Both the position numbers and the translations under genes were made by a program. Source: Selaginella moellendorffii (Eukaryota > Plantae > Lycopodiophyta). From it: a DNA stretch of 64,000 bases. Position 1 is the first letter of the stretch; each line of letters starts with the position of its first letter. The stretch spans positions 558,001 to 622,000 of the forward strand of contig NW_003314261.1 in the NCBI RefSeq assembly GCF_000143415.4, read 5' to 3'. This document shows positions 63,997-64,000 of the stretch, one piece after another. Below the pieces are notes generated by a model. It did no database searches. It saw only the letters and a program-made list of their open reading frames with translations, and was not told the DNA's origin.

Positions 63997-64000
63997 GGAT

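Overview
Compact, intron-rich plant nuclear DNA, most likely the lycophyte Selaginella. This is inferred from ~50-70 nt introns, PLS-class PPR genes, plastid peptidoglycan MurD and delta-tubulin. Recognisable genes: three PPR loci plus PPR debris, a POLAR-like gene, two inverted near-identical DUF677/UPF0496 genes, MurD, delta-tubulin, 14-3-3, RPT5, F-box/LRR, RMA-type RING E3, VEP1/PRISE, NDF5-like, mitochondrial ferredoxin and a serine carboxypeptidase pseudogene. Repeats: decayed Gypsy elements, a non-autonomous hAT with an 8-bp TSD, a long-TIR element and three 5S-rRNA-bearing Cassandra-type TRIMs. Most unusual: (1) a Crinkler-like gene (small header + PD-(D/E)xK nuclease + fungal-type kinase) with an inverted pseudogene twin that has captured an OCP3 homeobox fragment, plus a second nuclease-fold gene at the window end; (2) an 889-bp TSD-flanked element fusing an unrelated LTR-like segment to a Cassandra monomer; (3) a gene fusing three Cys/His repeats to a divergent NAC-like domain. 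All calls were made by eye from motifs; no searches were run, and some boundaries are approximate.
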